Source of the DNA: Escherichia coli
GTDB lineage: Bacteria > Pseudomonadota > Gammaproteobacteria > Enterobacterales > Enterobacteriaceae
Assembly (NCBI RefSeq): GCF_003334305.1
Contig: NZ_QOWS01000009.1
DNA length: 64,000 bases
Strand: one strand, 5' to 3'
The notes below the pieces were generated by a model. It was given only the letters and a program-made list of their open reading frames with translations, did not search any database and was not told the origin of the DNA. The position numbers and the translations under genes are program-made. How positions within the stretch are numbered: position 1 is the first letter of the stretch; every line of letters begins with the position of its first letter. Positions 1 through 13,871 of the stretch are shown piece after piece.

Positions 1-1224
1 CAGACGCTGATGCACGCCAAAACGATGCTGTTCATCGATAATCACCAGCGCCAGACCGTTAAACTGCACCTGTTCCTGGAAGATGGCGTGTGTACCGACA
101 ATCATCTGCACCTGACCGCTGGCGATGGCTTCCTGCTGTGCCAGTCGCGCTTTACCTTTCTGCTTACCGGCGAGCCAGCCCACTTCGATACCGAGCGGTG
201 CAAACCAGTTGCGGAAGTTATTGGCGTGCTGCTCGGCGAGTAATTCGGTTGGTGCCATCAGGGCCACCTGTTTGCCGTGGGCAATCGCACGCAGCGCGGC
301 GAGGGCGGCGACCAGTGTTTTACCGGAACCTACATCGCCCTGCACCAGGCGCATCATTGGAACATCCAGCGCCATATCATGCTCGATCTCCGCCACTACG
401 CGTGCCTGTGCGCCCGTTGGCTTGAACGGTAAGGCGGCGAGGAGTTTATTTTTCAGCGCGTCATTGGCGCTCAGCGGCTGGGCATGAAAACGCTGTGCTC
501 CGGCACGTAAGGCTAACATGCTGAGGTTGTGCGCCAGCAGTTCTTCCAGAATCAGACGACGTTGCGCCGGATGCTGCCCGGTTTCCAGATCGCTAAGCTG
601 TAGCGTCGGCGGCGGGCGGTGCAAAGTGCGCAACGCTTCCGGTAGCGTCATCATTCCTTGTGACAGTTCCGGCGGCAGGAGTTCTTCAATGGCGCAGGTG
701 TCGAGCAGATCCAGCGCCTGGTCGGTTAATTTACGCAGCGTGGCCTGCTTTACGCCTTCCGTTGTTGGATAAACCGGCGTGAGCGTTTCCTGTAATTCTG
801 GCGTGCTGAGATCGCCCTGCACGCGGTATTCCGGGTGGATCATCTCCGCACCATATTTACCGCGCTTTGCTTCGCCATAAGCCAGTACACGGCGGCCCGT
901 CGCCAGGCTATTTTTCATTGCCGCGCTGAAATTGAAAAAGCGCATGGTGAGGATGCCGGAACCGTCGCTGATCTGGCAGGTCATCATCCGCCGACCGCCG
1001 AAGGAGATATTGCAGTTCAGCACTTCGCCTTCCACCGTGGCATAAACGCCCGGCAGTAGTTCTCCGATGGGGTAGAGATGGGTGCGATCTTCGTAGCGCA
1101 GGGGAAGGTGTAAGAGTAGATCCTGCACGGTATGCAGGTTGATTTTCGCCAGTTTGTTACTAAGTGCTGCGCCAACGCCCGTTAGGGAACTGAGTGGGAC
1201 AGCATCTAACAGGCGACCTTTCAT
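1..1224 (-). CDS. recG: ATP-dependent DNA helicase RecG, N-terminal part; gene continues beyond window start
   Basis: Minus-strand ATG at 1222-1224 reads MKGRLLDA...; in-frame Walker A region DVPMMRLVQGDVGSGKT decoded near 300-350; no stop before window edge, so absent from ORF track. Confidence 0.9.
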   Translation of the reverse strand, partial: MKGRLLDAVPLSSLTGVGAALSNKLAKINLHTVQDLLLHLPLRYEDRTHLYPIGELLPGVYATVEGEVLNCNISFGGRRMMTCQISDGSGILTMRFFNFSAAMKNSLATGRRVLAYGEAKRGKYGAEMIHPEYRVQGDLSTPELQETLTPVYPTTEGVKQATLRKLTDQALDLLDTCAIEELLPPELSQGMMTLPEALRTLHRPPPTLQLSDLETGQHPAQRRLILEELLAHNLSMLALRAGAQRFHAQPLSANDALKNKLLAALPFKPTGAQARVVAEIEHDMALDVPMMRLVQGDVGSGKTLVAALAALRAIAHGKQVALMAPTELLAEQHANNFRNWFAPLGIEVGWLAGKQKGKARLAQQEAIASGQVQMIVGTHAIFQEQVQFNGLALVIIDEQHRFGVHQRL

Positions 1225-1229
1225 GGCAC

Positions 1230-1919
1230 TTACCCTGCAGCCTGCATAGTAGCCCACCAGTCGGCATCAGCTTCGATCTCGCCTTGCTGATTGACGTGGG
1301 GATAAGGCAGGCCTTTGCGTTTTGCGACTTTCGCCAGCACCGGATAGCCGCCTTCAAACAACAGGCGTTGTTGCTCTGCTTCCGGCAACATGCTGTTTTC
1401 ACGCAGGTACATGCCTGCATTTTGCCGCTGACGCTGGGCTTCGTAAAGAATGAGGGCTGAGGCAACGGAAACATTCAGCGACTGCACCATGCCGATCATC
1501 GGAATGATGATGTCCTGATCCGCCAGGGCCAATGCTTCCTGCGTGATGCCCGTTTTCTCCTGTCCCATCAAAATGCAGGTCGGGCGAGTGTAATCAATTT
1601 CGCGGAAATCGACAGCGTTATCAGAAAGATGGGTTGCCAGAATCTGCATGCCCTGGCCTTTGAGATGAGCGACGGCATCGCCAATGGTGCGGTGTGTTTT
1701 CACCTGTACCCAGCTGTTACTACCCGCCGCTGCCGAAGCCATGGTGCGCATGCGGCTACCAGGCCAGACGGCGTGAACTTCATGTACGCCAACGGCATCT
1801 GCGGTACGAATAATCGCAGAAACGTTATGAGGTTTGTGGACCTGCTCCATGCAGACGGTCAGATCAGGCTGCCGCCTGGCGAGCATTTCGCAGATGCGTG
1901 CATAACGTGTTGGGTTCAT
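1230..1919 (-). CDS. trmH: tRNA (Gm18) 2'-O-methyltransferase
   Basis: 229-aa ORF; SpoU-type methyltransferase sequence; lies between spoT and recG as in the E. coli spoT operon. Confidence 0.95.
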   Translation of the reverse strand: MNPTRYARICEMLARRQPDLTVCMEQVHKPHNVSAIIRTADAVGVHEVHAVWPGSRMRTMASAAAGSNSWVQVKTHRTIGDAVAHLKGQGMQILATHLSDNAVDFREIDYTRPTCILMGQEKTGITQEALALADQDIIIPMIGMVQSLNVSVASALILYEAQRQRQNAGMYLRENSMLPEAEQQRLLFEGGYPVLAKVAKRKGLPYPHVNQQGEIEADADWWATMQAAG

Positions 1920-1925
1920 AAAACA

Positions 1926-4034
1926 TTAATTTCGGTTTCGGGTGACTTTAATCACGTCTGGCATCACGCGGATTTTGCGCATGATATTCGCCAGATGCAC
2001 ACGGTCACGGGCGGTCAGACGAATAAAGGCGCTGTAGACGCGACCATCTTTCTCTTCCGTATTCAAACTTTGAATATTCGAAGTCGTGGTGTTAATTGCC
2101 GCCGTCAGGTTTGCCAGCGCGCCCTGATGATTGAACATCTCCACCTTGATTTCGGTGATGAACTCCTGCGCCGTCTCTTTATCCCATTCCACAGCCATAA
2201 ACTTCTCTGGCTCTTTCTGGTAGCCACGGATATTACGGCAGGATTCATGGTGGATCACCAGACCTTTACCGGGGCTGACGTGGGCGATAATCGGGTCGCC
2301 AGGAATAGGGCGGCAGCATTTCGCAAAGGTGATCAGCACGCCATCGGCACCTTTAATGGGCAGATGTCCGTGGCTTTGGGTTGCCGGTGGAATGGAGGCG
2401 TCCCCATGTTGCAGATTTTTCGCGACCACCACGCTCATTGCGTTACCAAGTCCGATTTCTGCCAGCAGATCGTCAAGCGTTGCCAGCTTCATGCGATCCA
2501 GCTCGCGCTGAATATTTTCCTGCGGGATTTCATTCAGCTTACGGCTACCACCCAAAGCATGGTTGAGCAGACGACGGCCCAGGCTTACAGAATCATCACG
2601 CTTGAGGTTTTTCAGCAACTGACGAATTTTGGCGCGCGCTTTTGAGCTAACGACAAAGTTCAGCCACGCGGCATTCGGGCGAGCGCCCGGTGCGGTAATG
2701 ATTTCAACGGTTTGACCGCTGGTAAGCGGCTGCGACAGCGGGTAAGGCTGGCGGTCAACGCGTGCGCCCACGCAGGCATGACCGATATCGGTATGCACTG
2801 CATAAGCGAAGTCGACGGGCGTTGCACCGGCAGGCAGCTCGACAATTCGCCCTTCCGGTGTGAAAACGTAAATCTCATCCGGGAAGAGATCGGATTTAAC
2901 GCTCTCGATAAATTCAAACGAACTACCGGCGCTCTGTTGCAGCTCCAGCAGGCTTTGCATCCAGCGCTGGGCGCGGATTTGCGCGGTGGTGCTGGTTTCG
3001 CCGTGCTCTTTATAAGCCCAGTGCGCGGCAACACCCATCTCCGCCATCTGATCCATATCTTCGGTACGGATCTGGACCTCAACCGGCACACCGTGCGGGC
3101 CGATCATCGAGGTGTGCAAAGACTGATAGCCGTTCGCTTTTGGAATGGCGATGTAGTCTTTCACGCGACCCGGACGCGGCTTGTACAGGCTATGCATTTG
3201 CCCGAGCACGCGATAACAGGTGTCAGAATCATTGACGATCACGCGGAAAGCGTAGATGTCCATGATTGAGTGAAAACGCTGCTCTTTGAGCACCATTTTG
3301 CAGTAAATCGAATAAAGATGCTTTTCGCGACCACTGACGCGGCACGGTATTCCCGCTTCCTGCAAACGCCCTTCGATTTCAGAGAGGATTTTTTGGATCA
3401 TCTCTTTACGGTTGCCGCGCGCGGCTTTCACCACTTCTTTAATTACGCGGTAACGATTGGGATACAGCGCCTCAAAACCCAGCTCTTCGAGTTCGGTTTT
3501 AATGTGGTGGATACCTAAACGGTGCGCCAGCGGGCTATAAATTTCGAGAGTTTCACGGGCGATGCGGCGACGTTTGTCCGGGCGAAGTGAGCCCAGCGTG
3601 CGCATGTTGTGGGTACGGTCGGCAAGTTTGATGAGGATGACGCGGATATCCTGCACCATCGCCATAATCATCTTGCGAAAGTTTTCGGCCTGCGCCTCTT
3701 TCTTATCGCGGAACTTGAGTTTATCAAGTTTCGACACCCCCTCTACCAGCTCGGCGACGCTTTTACCAAAAAGCTGTTCCATATCCTGGTAGGTGGCGGG
3801 AGTATCTTCAATCACGTCATGCAGCAGCGCCGCCATCAGCGTTTCATAGTCGAGTTTCATCTCGGCCAGAATGCAGGCAACCGCTACCGGGTGCGTGATA
3901 TAGGGTTCACCGCTTGAACGTGTTTGCCCCTCGTGAGCATCACGTGCAACGAGATACGCCTGCCGCAGACGCTTGATTTGGTCTTCCGGCAGGTAGGTTT
4001 GAATCAGTTGATTCAGGCTTTCAAACAGATACAA
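1926..4034 (-). CDS. spoT: bifunctional (p)ppGpp synthetase/hydrolase SpoT
   Basis: 702-aa ORF with HD hydrolase and RelA/SpoT synthetase regions; length matches E. coli SpoT. Confidence 0.97.
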   Translation of the reverse strand: MYLFESLNQLIQTYLPEDQIKRLRQAYLVARDAHEGQTRSSGEPYITHPVAVACILAEMKLDYETLMAALLHDVIEDTPATYQDMEQLFGKSVAELVEGVSKLDKLKFRDKKEAQAENFRKMIMAMVQDIRVILIKLADRTHNMRTLGSLRPDKRRRIARETLEIYSPLAHRLGIHHIKTELEELGFEALYPNRYRVIKEVVKAARGNRKEMIQKILSEIEGRLQEAGIPCRVSGREKHLYSIYCKMVLKEQRFHSIMDIYAFRVIVNDSDTCYRVLGQMHSLYKPRPGRVKDYIAIPKANGYQSLHTSMIGPHGVPVEVQIRTEDMDQMAEMGVAAHWAYKEHGETSTTAQIRAQRWMQSLLELQQSAGSSFEFIESVKSDLFPDEIYVFTPEGRIVELPAGATPVDFAYAVHTDIGHACVGARVDRQPYPLSQPLTSGQTVEIITAPGARPNAAWLNFVVSSKARAKIRQLLKNLKRDDSVSLGRRLLNHALGGSRKLNEIPQENIQRELDRMKLATLDDLLAEIGLGNAMSVVVAKNLQHGDASIPPATQSHGHLPIKGADGVLITFAKCCRPIPGDPIIAHVSPGKGLVIHHESCRNIRGYQKEPEKFMAVEWDKETAQEFITEIKVEMFNHQGALANLTAAINTTTSNIQSLNTEEKDGRVYSAFIRLTARDRVHLANIMRKIRVMPDVIKVTRNRN

Positions 4035-4052
4035 GGGCGACCCGCTTTGTGA

Positions 4053-4328
4053 TTAACGACGACCTTCAGCAATAGCGGTAACGGCTTGTAATTCAGCGGC
4101 TTCCTGCTCTTGCTGTTCCTGGCGTTCGCGAACGTCGAGGATCTGGTTGTTGATCAGACCTTCTTCGATTTCGCGCAGCGCGATTACAGTGGTTTTATCG
4201 TTTTCTTCCGGTACCAGCGGATCCTTTCCGCCTACCTGCATCTGACGAGCGCGACGCGCGGCGACCAGTACCAGGTCAAAACGGTTACCAATTTTCTCTA
4301 CAGCGTCCTGAACAGTTACGCGTGCCAT
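4053..4328 (-). CDS. rpoZ: RNA polymerase omega subunit
   Basis: 91-aa [32 protein letters not shown]...; immediately upstream of spoT. Confidence 0.97.
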
Positions 4329-4382
4329 ACTTAAAAAGCTCCACAGGTGAAGAAATGACTGGGCATGATACTGAAATCAGGT

Positions 4383-5130
<748 letters not shown>

Positions 5131-5149
5131 TTTCCGCATTTGCCTGTGA

Positions 5150-7560
<2,411 letters not shown>

Positions 7561-7851
7561 GGTTCTCTCCCTAAAAATCTGTCTGGCAGGGTAGCGATTT
7601 GTGCGTATTGTCACGATTGAGATTTTTTAAGGTGAGAGGAAATTGATAACTTGTAGTTATGTGAAATCGCTATTTTCTGTAGCGTAGATGCATTCTTCTG
7701 ACTTCTTGTCTGAGAAAATGCATAAGAAAAAATAGGTTAAAATTGAGGGGTGGAAAAGAAAGGTGCAATGTTTAGCCATTGTGTTCACCGCACCTGGACT
7801 TTGGCTTACGCATCGGGCATCTCAATCAACAAAAAGAGTTTTTAGTTTCTG

Positions 7852-8676
7852 CTATTTCTTCTCTGTAATTTTTACACTGTTTTCCAACTGCTTGATGCTG
7901 ACCTGCGGGGTCGGCAACTCCTCAGGCATGGTTCCGCCAAGTTCCTGAATGGTTTGCCTCACCTTGCTACCCACGTCAAAGTGTGTGGTATTAGCTTGCT
8001 GTTTTGAATTCACGCCATCCCGCTTGAGTTTTTCTTCTGTTTGGGTAGCTCGAAAGAGATTAGCCGCCAGTTCTGTTGAACCCATATGATCCAGGATCTT
8101 CTGACTCTTTTTCAGCCCCTTCAGTTGGTGGATGGCTTTCTGATCTAATCCACCATACAGCCCCTGGTAACCATGATTCTGAAATATGGCGAAATCAGTA
8201 GCTGTCGCTACCCCAGCTTGCTGTGCTGCCTCAACCAATTGTTTGTTATGTTCTTTCAACTCATTTCTCAGAAACAGACGCTTTTCGTCTTCACGAAGTT
8301 GCTTAAATGCTTCATCGTCAGCAAGCTCCTGCCGTCGGGTCTGGATAGCAAAATAAGTCTGCCCTGCCGCAATGACCGGTTTCGCAGGGTCGCCGTTTTG
8401 TACTACCAGGTAACAGGCATAGCGGGAGAGATGAACATCTTCAAGTTCTCGTTGAGCCCCTGAACCTAATACAACCATTTTGGTGGTTTCAACGAAATGG
8501 TCAGATGCAGCTTGATTGCTGGCTTCGCACGCTTGAGTCGCGCGGGCCAGTACCTTTTGAAAATTGCGCCAGTCCCGATAATCCAGTAACGGTGCCAATT
8601 CTCTAGCTGACCAAAATTCTTGCCCTTCAGTGCCATAATGCCGTATTTCTTCAAAAGGTTGATGATGTTCGTTCAT
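7852..8676 (-). CDS. dinD: DNA damage-inducible protein D
   Basis: ORF 7852-8688; start trimmed to MNEHHQPFEEIRHYGTEGQEFW (274 aa); LexA box upstream. Confidence 0.9.
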   Translation of the reverse strand: MNEHHQPFEEIRHYGTEGQEFWSARELAPLLDYRDWRNFQKVLARATQACEASNQAASDHFVETTKMVVLGSGAQRELEDVHLSRYACYLVVQNGDPAKPVIAAGQTYFAIQTRRQELADDEAFKQLREDEKRLFLRNELKEHNKQLVEAAQQAGVATATDFAIFQNHGYQGLYGGLDQKAIHQLKGLKKSQKILDHMGSTELAANLFRATQTEEKLKRDGVNSKQQANTTHFDVGSKVRQTIQELGGTMPEELPTPQVSIKQLENSVKITEKK

Positions 8677-8719
8677 TGCCCACTCCATGTGATATCGATT
8701 GCAAAGAAAGTAAATCTGT

Positions 8720-8739
8720 AACTGTATTTATATACAGTT
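8720..8739 (-). promoter_or_regulatory. LexA (SOS) box in dinD promoter
   Basis: CTGTATTTATATACAG at 8722-8737 fits CTGT-N8-ACAG consensus, about 45 bp upstream of dinD start. Confidence 0.8.
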
Positions 8740-8828
8740 GTGAGTATCTCACGTTCTCAGTGTGCTGGGCAAAAAAACATCGCAAAATCTGGAGCAGGCA
8801 CGCAAAACAGAATTGAAGTTGCGGGGAA

Positions 8829-8862
8829 GAAAAATGCCGCTCTGTTTGAGTGGGCGGCATTT
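8829..8862 (-). terminator. rho-independent terminator downstream of yicC
   Basis: Minus-strand hairpin ATGCCGC...GCGGCAT followed by T-run, about 35 nt after yicC stop. Confidence 0.6.
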
Positions 8863-8896
8863 GTGAAGGCTGAAAAGTAAGAATTAGTGTTACGAG

Positions 8897-9760
8897 TTAC
8901 TCAATATTCTGAATCTGCTCGCGCATCTGCTCAATCAACACTTTCAGCTCGATGGCGGAGTTTGTCACTTCGGCATTGATAGATTTCGACGCAAGAGTGT
9001 TCGACTCGCGGTTGAATTCCTGCATCATAAAGTCCAGACGACGACCAACGGCTTCTTTTTTCTTCAGAATGTTGTAGGTCTCTTTGACATGCGCTTCCAG
9101 GCGGTCCAGTTCTTCGGCAACGTCAATTCGTTGTGCCAGCAGAACCAGCTCCTGCTCCAGACGGTTGTTTTCCAACTGAACCTGAGCATCTTCCAGCTTC
9201 GCGACCAGACGCTCACGCTGCCATTGCAGGATTTCCGGCATATGGGCGCGGACTTTGACCACTTCGGCGGTGACGCCTTCCAGACGCTGCTCGATCAATG
9301 CTTTCAGCGCCTGACCTTCGGTTTCGCGCGCGACGATAAAGTCGTCCAGCGTACCATCCAACGCCGCGAGAATTTCAGCGGCAATCGCGTCGAGATCCTG
9401 CTCCTGGGCTGCCATCACGCCCGGCCAGCGTAGAATATCAACCGGGTTGATTTCCCCTTCGTCACTCTGCATTTTTACCCAGTTCGCGGCAGTTACCAGC
9501 TGTTTAGCCAGTTTTTCATTGAGGATCAGCTCACCTTGTGCGCTAACATCTGGCTCATAGCGCAGGGTACATTCCACTTTACCGCGCGTCAGGCGAGAAC
9601 GAATACGCTCGCGAACGACAGGTTCAAGGCTACGGAACTGCTCCGGCAGACGAAAGTAAGTTTCCAGATAACGCTGGTTTACCGAGCGCATTTCCCAGGT
9701 TGCGCTCCCCCATTCACCCTTGATTTCACGCCGGGCGTAGGCGGTCATACTGCGGATCAT
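8897..9760 (-). CDS. yicC: UPF0701 protein YicC (YicC-family stress-induced protein)
   Basis: 287-aa ORF MIRSMTAYARREIKGEWGSATWEMRSVNQRYLE...; divergent from rph. Confidence 0.93.
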   Translation of the reverse strand: MIRSMTAYARREIKGEWGSATWEMRSVNQRYLETYFRLPEQFRSLEPVVRERIRSRLTRGKVECTLRYEPDVSAQGELILNEKLAKQLVTAANWVKMQSDEGEINPVDILRWPGVMAAQEQDLDAIAAEILAALDGTLDDFIVARETEGQALKALIEQRLEGVTAEVVKVRAHMPEILQWQRERLVAKLEDAQVQLENNRLEQELVLLAQRIDVAEELDRLEAHVKETYNILKKKEAVGRRLDFMMQEFNRESNTLASKSINAEVTNSAIELKVLIEQMREQIQNIE

Positions 9761-9886
9761 AGACGTTCCTGTTTATAAAAGGAGAGGTGGAAGGATTATA
9801 GCCATCGATGCCTTGTCAGGATAGGAATAACCGCCGGAAGTCCGTATAATGCGCAGCCACATTTGTTTCAAGCCGGAGATTTCAAT

Positions 9887-10603
9887 ATGCGTCCAGCAGG
9901 CCGTAGCAATAATCAGGTGCGTCCCGTTACCCTGACTCGTAACTATACAAAACATGCAGAAGGCTCGGTGCTGGTCGAATTTGGCGATACCAAAGTGTTG
10001 TGTACCGCCTCTATTGAAGAAGGCGTGCCGCGCTTCCTGAAAGGTCAGGGCCAGGGCTGGATCACCGCAGAGTACGGTATGCTGCCGCGTTCTACCCACA
10101 CCCGTAACGCTCGTGAAGCGGCGAAAGGTAAGCAGGGTGGACGCACAATGGAAATCCAGCGTCTGATCGCCCGTGCTCTTCGCGCGGCAGTAGATTTGAA
10201 AGCGCTGGGTGAGTTCACCATTACGCTGGACTGCGACGTGCTTCAGGCTGATGGTGGCACTCGTACCGCGTCGATTACGGGTGCCTGCGTGGCGCTGGCA
10301 GATGCGCTACAGAAGCTGGTGGAAAACGGCAAGCTGAAAACCAACCCGATGAAAGGGATGGTAGCCGCAGTTTCTGTCGGAATTGTGAACGGCGAAGCGG
10401 TTTGCGATCTGGAATACGTTGAAGACTCTGCCGCAGAGACCGACATGAACGTAGTGATGACCGAAGACGGGCGCATCATTGAAGTGCAGGGGACGGCAGA
10501 AGGCGAACCGTTCACCCACGAAGAATTACTCACCTTGTTGGCTCTGGCCCGAGGGGGAATCGAATCCATTGTAGCGACGCAGAAGGCGGCGCTGGCAAAC
10601 TGA
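9887..10603 (+). CDS. rph: ribonuclease PH, full length
   Basis: ORF 9863-10603; start trimmed to [20 protein letters not shown] (238 aa); reads through to ...ATQKAALAN with no frameshift. Confidence 0.93.
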   Translation: MRPAGRSNNQVRPVTLTRNYTKHAEGSVLVEFGDTKVLCTASIEEGVPRFLKGQGQGWITAEYGMLPRSTHTRNAREAAKGKQGGRTMEIQRLIARALRAAVDLKALGEFTITLDCDVLQADGGTRTASITGACVALADALQKLVENGKLKTNPMKGMVAAVSVGIVNGEAVCDLEYVEDSAAETDMNVVMTEDGRIIEVQGTAEGEPFTHEELLTLLALARGGIESIVATQKAALAN

Positions 10604-10610
10604 TTTTTAA

Positions 10611-10636
10611 GGCGACTGATGAGTCGCCTTTTTTTT
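10611..10636 (+). terminator. pyrE attenuator hairpin in rph-pyrE intercistronic region
   Basis: GGCGACTGATGAGTCGCC stem-loop followed by TTTTTTTT, directly upstream of pyrE. Confidence 0.8.
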
Positions 10637-10668
10637 GTCTGTAGAAAAGTAAGATGAGGAGCGAAGGC

Positions 10669-11310
10669 ATGAAACCATATCAGCGCCAGTTTATTGAATT
10701 TGCGCTTGGCAAGCAGGTGTTAAAGTTTGGCGAGTTTACGTTGAAGTCCGGGCGCAAAAGCCCCTATTTCTTCAACGCCGGGCTGTTTAATACCGGGCGC
10801 GATCTGGCACTGTTAGGCCGTTTTTACGCTGAAGCGTTGGTGGATTCCGGCCTTGAGTTCGATCTGCTGTTTGGCCCTGCTTACAAAGGGATCCCGATTG
10901 CCACCACTACCGCCGTGGCGCTGGCGGAGCATCATGACCTTGACCTGCCGTACTGCTTTAACCGCAAAGAGGCAAAAGACCACGGTGAAGGCGGCAATCT
11001 GGTTGGTAGCGCGTTACAAGGACGCGTAATGCTGGTAGATGATGTGATCACCGCCGGAACGGCGATTCGCGAATCGATGGAGATTATTCAGGCTAATGGC
11101 GCGACGCTTGCTGGCGTGTTGATTTCGCTCGATCGTCAGGAACGGGGGCGCAGCGAGATTTCGGCGATTCAGGAAGTTGAGCGTGATTACAACTGCAAAG
11201 TGATCTCTATCATCACCCTGAAAGACCTGATTGCTTACCTGGAAGAGAAGCCGGAAATGGCGGAACATCTGGCGGCGGTTAAGGCCTATCGCGAAGAGTT
11301 TGGCGTTTAA
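10669..11310 (+). CDS. pyrE: orotate phosphoribosyltransferase
   Basis: ORF 10654-11310; start trimmed to [23 protein letters not shown] (213 aa). Confidence 0.95.
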   Translation: MKPYQRQFIEFALGKQVLKFGEFTLKSGRKSPYFFNAGLFNTGRDLALLGRFYAEALVDSGLEFDLLFGPAYKGIPIATTTAVALAEHHDLDLPYCFNRKEAKDHGEGGNLVGSALQGRVMLVDDVITAGTAIRESMEIIQANGATLAGVLISLDRQERGRSEISAIQEVERDYNCKVISIITLKDLIAYLEEKPEMAEHLAAVKAYREEFGV

Positions 11311-11316
11311 AGAAAC

Positions 11317-11340
11317 TCGCCGGATGAAAAGTCATCCGGC
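11317..11340. terminator. bidirectional hairpin between convergent pyrE and slmA
   Basis: CGCCGGATGA-AAAG-TCATCCGGCG perfect inverted repeat. Confidence 0.6.
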
Positions 11341-11346
11341 GTCATA

Positions 11347-11943
11347 TTACTGCAACTGCGCGGCAATTAGCGGCCAGCGGGCGTCAAAATCATCCGTCGG
11401 GCGGTATTTAAATTCGCTGCGGACAAAACGTGACAGCATACCTTCACAGAAGGCCAGGATCTGGCTTGCCAGCAGGGTTTCATCGGTGGTGTAACCTTCA
11501 CCCTCACGCATTCTCTTTTCACGCAATACCTGGCGCAGCTGCGCTTCAATACGCTCGAACAGCTGGTTGATGCGCCCTTGCAGGCGATCCTGTTCAAACA
11601 TTAGCGCATGACCAGTGAGGATGCGGGTCAGGCCAGGATTACGCTCACCAAAACCGAGAAGCAGCAACACAATCAGACGCAGGCGCGCTGTGGTGTCTTT
11701 CTCATCTTTCAGAATCAGGTTGATGCGAGTAATCAGGCTATCTTCGATAAACTCAATCAGGCTATCGAACATGCGGGTCTTACTGGGGAAGTGGCGATAC
11801 AGTGCCGCTTCGGAAACGCCGACAGAGGCGGCCAGTTTTGCCGTCGTGATACGTTGGCTTCCATCGCTGGATTCCAGCATCAGCGCCAGAGACTGAAGTA
11901 TTTCCTCGCGACGGTTCCTTTTCGCAGTTTGTTTTTCTGCCAT
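11347..11943 (-). CDS. slmA: nucleoid occlusion factor SlmA (TetR family)
   Basis: ORF 11347-11985; start trimmed to [24 protein letters not shown] (198 aa). Confidence 0.92.
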
Positions 11944-12049
11944 GTTACAAAATACCCCTGAAAATAAGCACTTGCCAGGCGGCACCCACGCTATGACCGC
12001 AAACGAAATGTTTGCGGCTATGTTATGACGTTATTCGGATGCGTATGTG

Positions 12050-12508
12050 TTACTGACGACCAGAGTGACCAAAGCCGCCTTCACCGCGGTCGGTGGCGTC
12101 GAAATCTTCCACCAGATTAAATTCAGCCTGTACTACCGGAACAAAAATCATCTGGGCGATGCGTTCGCCAGGTTGAATGGTGAAGCTGTCCTGACCACGG
12201 TTCCACACGGAAATCATCAACTGGCCCTGATAGTCAGAATCGATCAATCCTACCAGGTTACCAAGCACGATACCGTGCTTATGTCCCAATCCGGAGCGCG
12301 GCAGCATCATTGCCGCCAGTGAAGGATCGGCAATATGAATCGCCAGCCCGGTCGGAACCAGCGTAGTGTCACCCGGAGCCAGTTCTACGGCGTCGTCGAG
12401 ACAGGCACGCAGGTCAAGTCCGGCAGAGCCAGAGGTGGCATAAGTCGGGAGCGGAAATTCCTTCCCAACGCGCGGGTCCAGAATCTTAACGTCGATTTTT
12501 TTCATCAT
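12050..12508 (-). CDS. dut: dUTP diphosphatase
   Basis: 152-aa [36 protein letters not shown]... Confidence 0.96.
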
Positions 12509-13706
12509 AACGGGTCACGATCTCGTCGAGTAATAATTGGCCAAGGAGCTCTTTGCGCTCAAGCGGTAAGACTTTATCTCCGTCCTGCCAGAAAAGGTGT
12601 AATGCGTTGTTGTCGCTGTTAAATCCTTGAGTTGGCTGGGAAACATCGTTCGCGCAGATCAGATCAAGGTTTTTACGGATACGTTTTTGCCGGGCGTATT
12701 CTTCCACATTATTTGTTTCGGCGGCAAATCCAACGACGTAGGGTCGATGGTCTTTTAGTGCGGCAACGCCTGCGACGATATCGGGGTTTTTAACCATTTT
12801 TATTGTTAATTCATCACCCTGCGTGGCCTGCTTTTTGATTTTCTCTGGGGCCACGGTAGCTGCGCGATAATCCGCCACGGCGGCGCAGCCGATAAAAATA
12901 TTTTGCTGCTGTACAGAAGCATTCACGGCGGCTTCCATTTCCAGCGCGGTCATCACATCAACACGTTTAACAAACGGTGGCGTCGGTAGTGAAACCGGAC
13001 CTGATACCAGCGTGACGTTCGCGCCACGACGGGCAGCGGCGGCGGCGATAGCAAAACCCATCTTGCCGGAGCTGTGATTAGAGATATAACGCACGGGATC
13101 GAGCGGTTCACGCGTCGGGCCGGCGGTAATCATAATGTTCAGATGTTTCAGGTCGTTGACGGGCGAAAAATGCGCTACCGCCATATCCACAATGGTTAAC
13201 GGATCGAGCATTCGCCCAGGACCGATATCACCACAAGCCTGACTGCCACTGTCTGGCCCCCAGATGAGCAAACCACGGGAAGCAAGCACCTCTAAATTAT
13301 GCTGCGTGGCAGCGGCACGGTACATCTGCTGGTTCATGGCGGGGAGCACGGCTACAGGCGCAGGTGTAGCCAGACAAATCGTCGATACCAGGTCATTCGC
13401 CATTCCGGCAGCAACACGGGCAATCAAATCTGCCGTGGCAGGGGCGAGAATCACTAAATCAGCCCATTTACCCAGCTCAATATGGCCCATAGCGGCTTCG
13501 GCTGCCGGGTTCAGCAGACTGTCGGAAACGGGATAACCAGAAACCGCCTGCAAGCTAAGTGGGGTGATAAAGGCTTTTGCCGCTTCGGTCATGGCTACGC
13601 GGACGTCGGCCCCGCGATCGCGCAAACGACGCACCAGTTCAGGGGTTTTATAGGCAGCAATACCGCCGCTAACGCCGAGAACGATTTTTTTACCGGCCAG
13701 GCTCAT
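12486..13706 (-). CDS. coaBC: bifunctional phosphopantothenoylcysteine decarboxylase/synthetase CoaBC
   Basis: ORF 12486-13778; start trimmed to [20 protein letters not shown] (406 aa, flavoprotein N-domain); 3' end overlaps dut start. Confidence 0.93.
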
Positions 13707-13871
13707 GATGATTTTTCCTGTTGGGTGACACCAGAAGTTGGCGATTTTATCACAATACTTTTGTTGTCGTGCCTTCACCTGAGAATCACTTTGCGAGGCG
13801 CTTTCCAGGATTGAAAACTGGCCGTCGATTTAACGGAACGGCTATGACAGGATGCGAGCACCACAAAGGAG

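Noticed and set aside
1629-2645. 338-aa plus-strand ORF antisense to trmH/spoT, and similar long antisense ORFs elsewhere (30714-31214, 31242-31868, 31905-32660, 36014-36898, 36965-38047, 45284-45901, 55518-56060)
   Set aside because: They lie entirely inside well-supported genes on the opposite strand and have low-complexity Arg/Ala/Gly-rich translations typical of GC-rich antisense frames; no independent start context
8651-8860. 69-aa minus-strand ORF overlapping the dinD start and promoter
   Set aside because: It overlaps the LexA box and the dinD 5' end; most likely a chance frame
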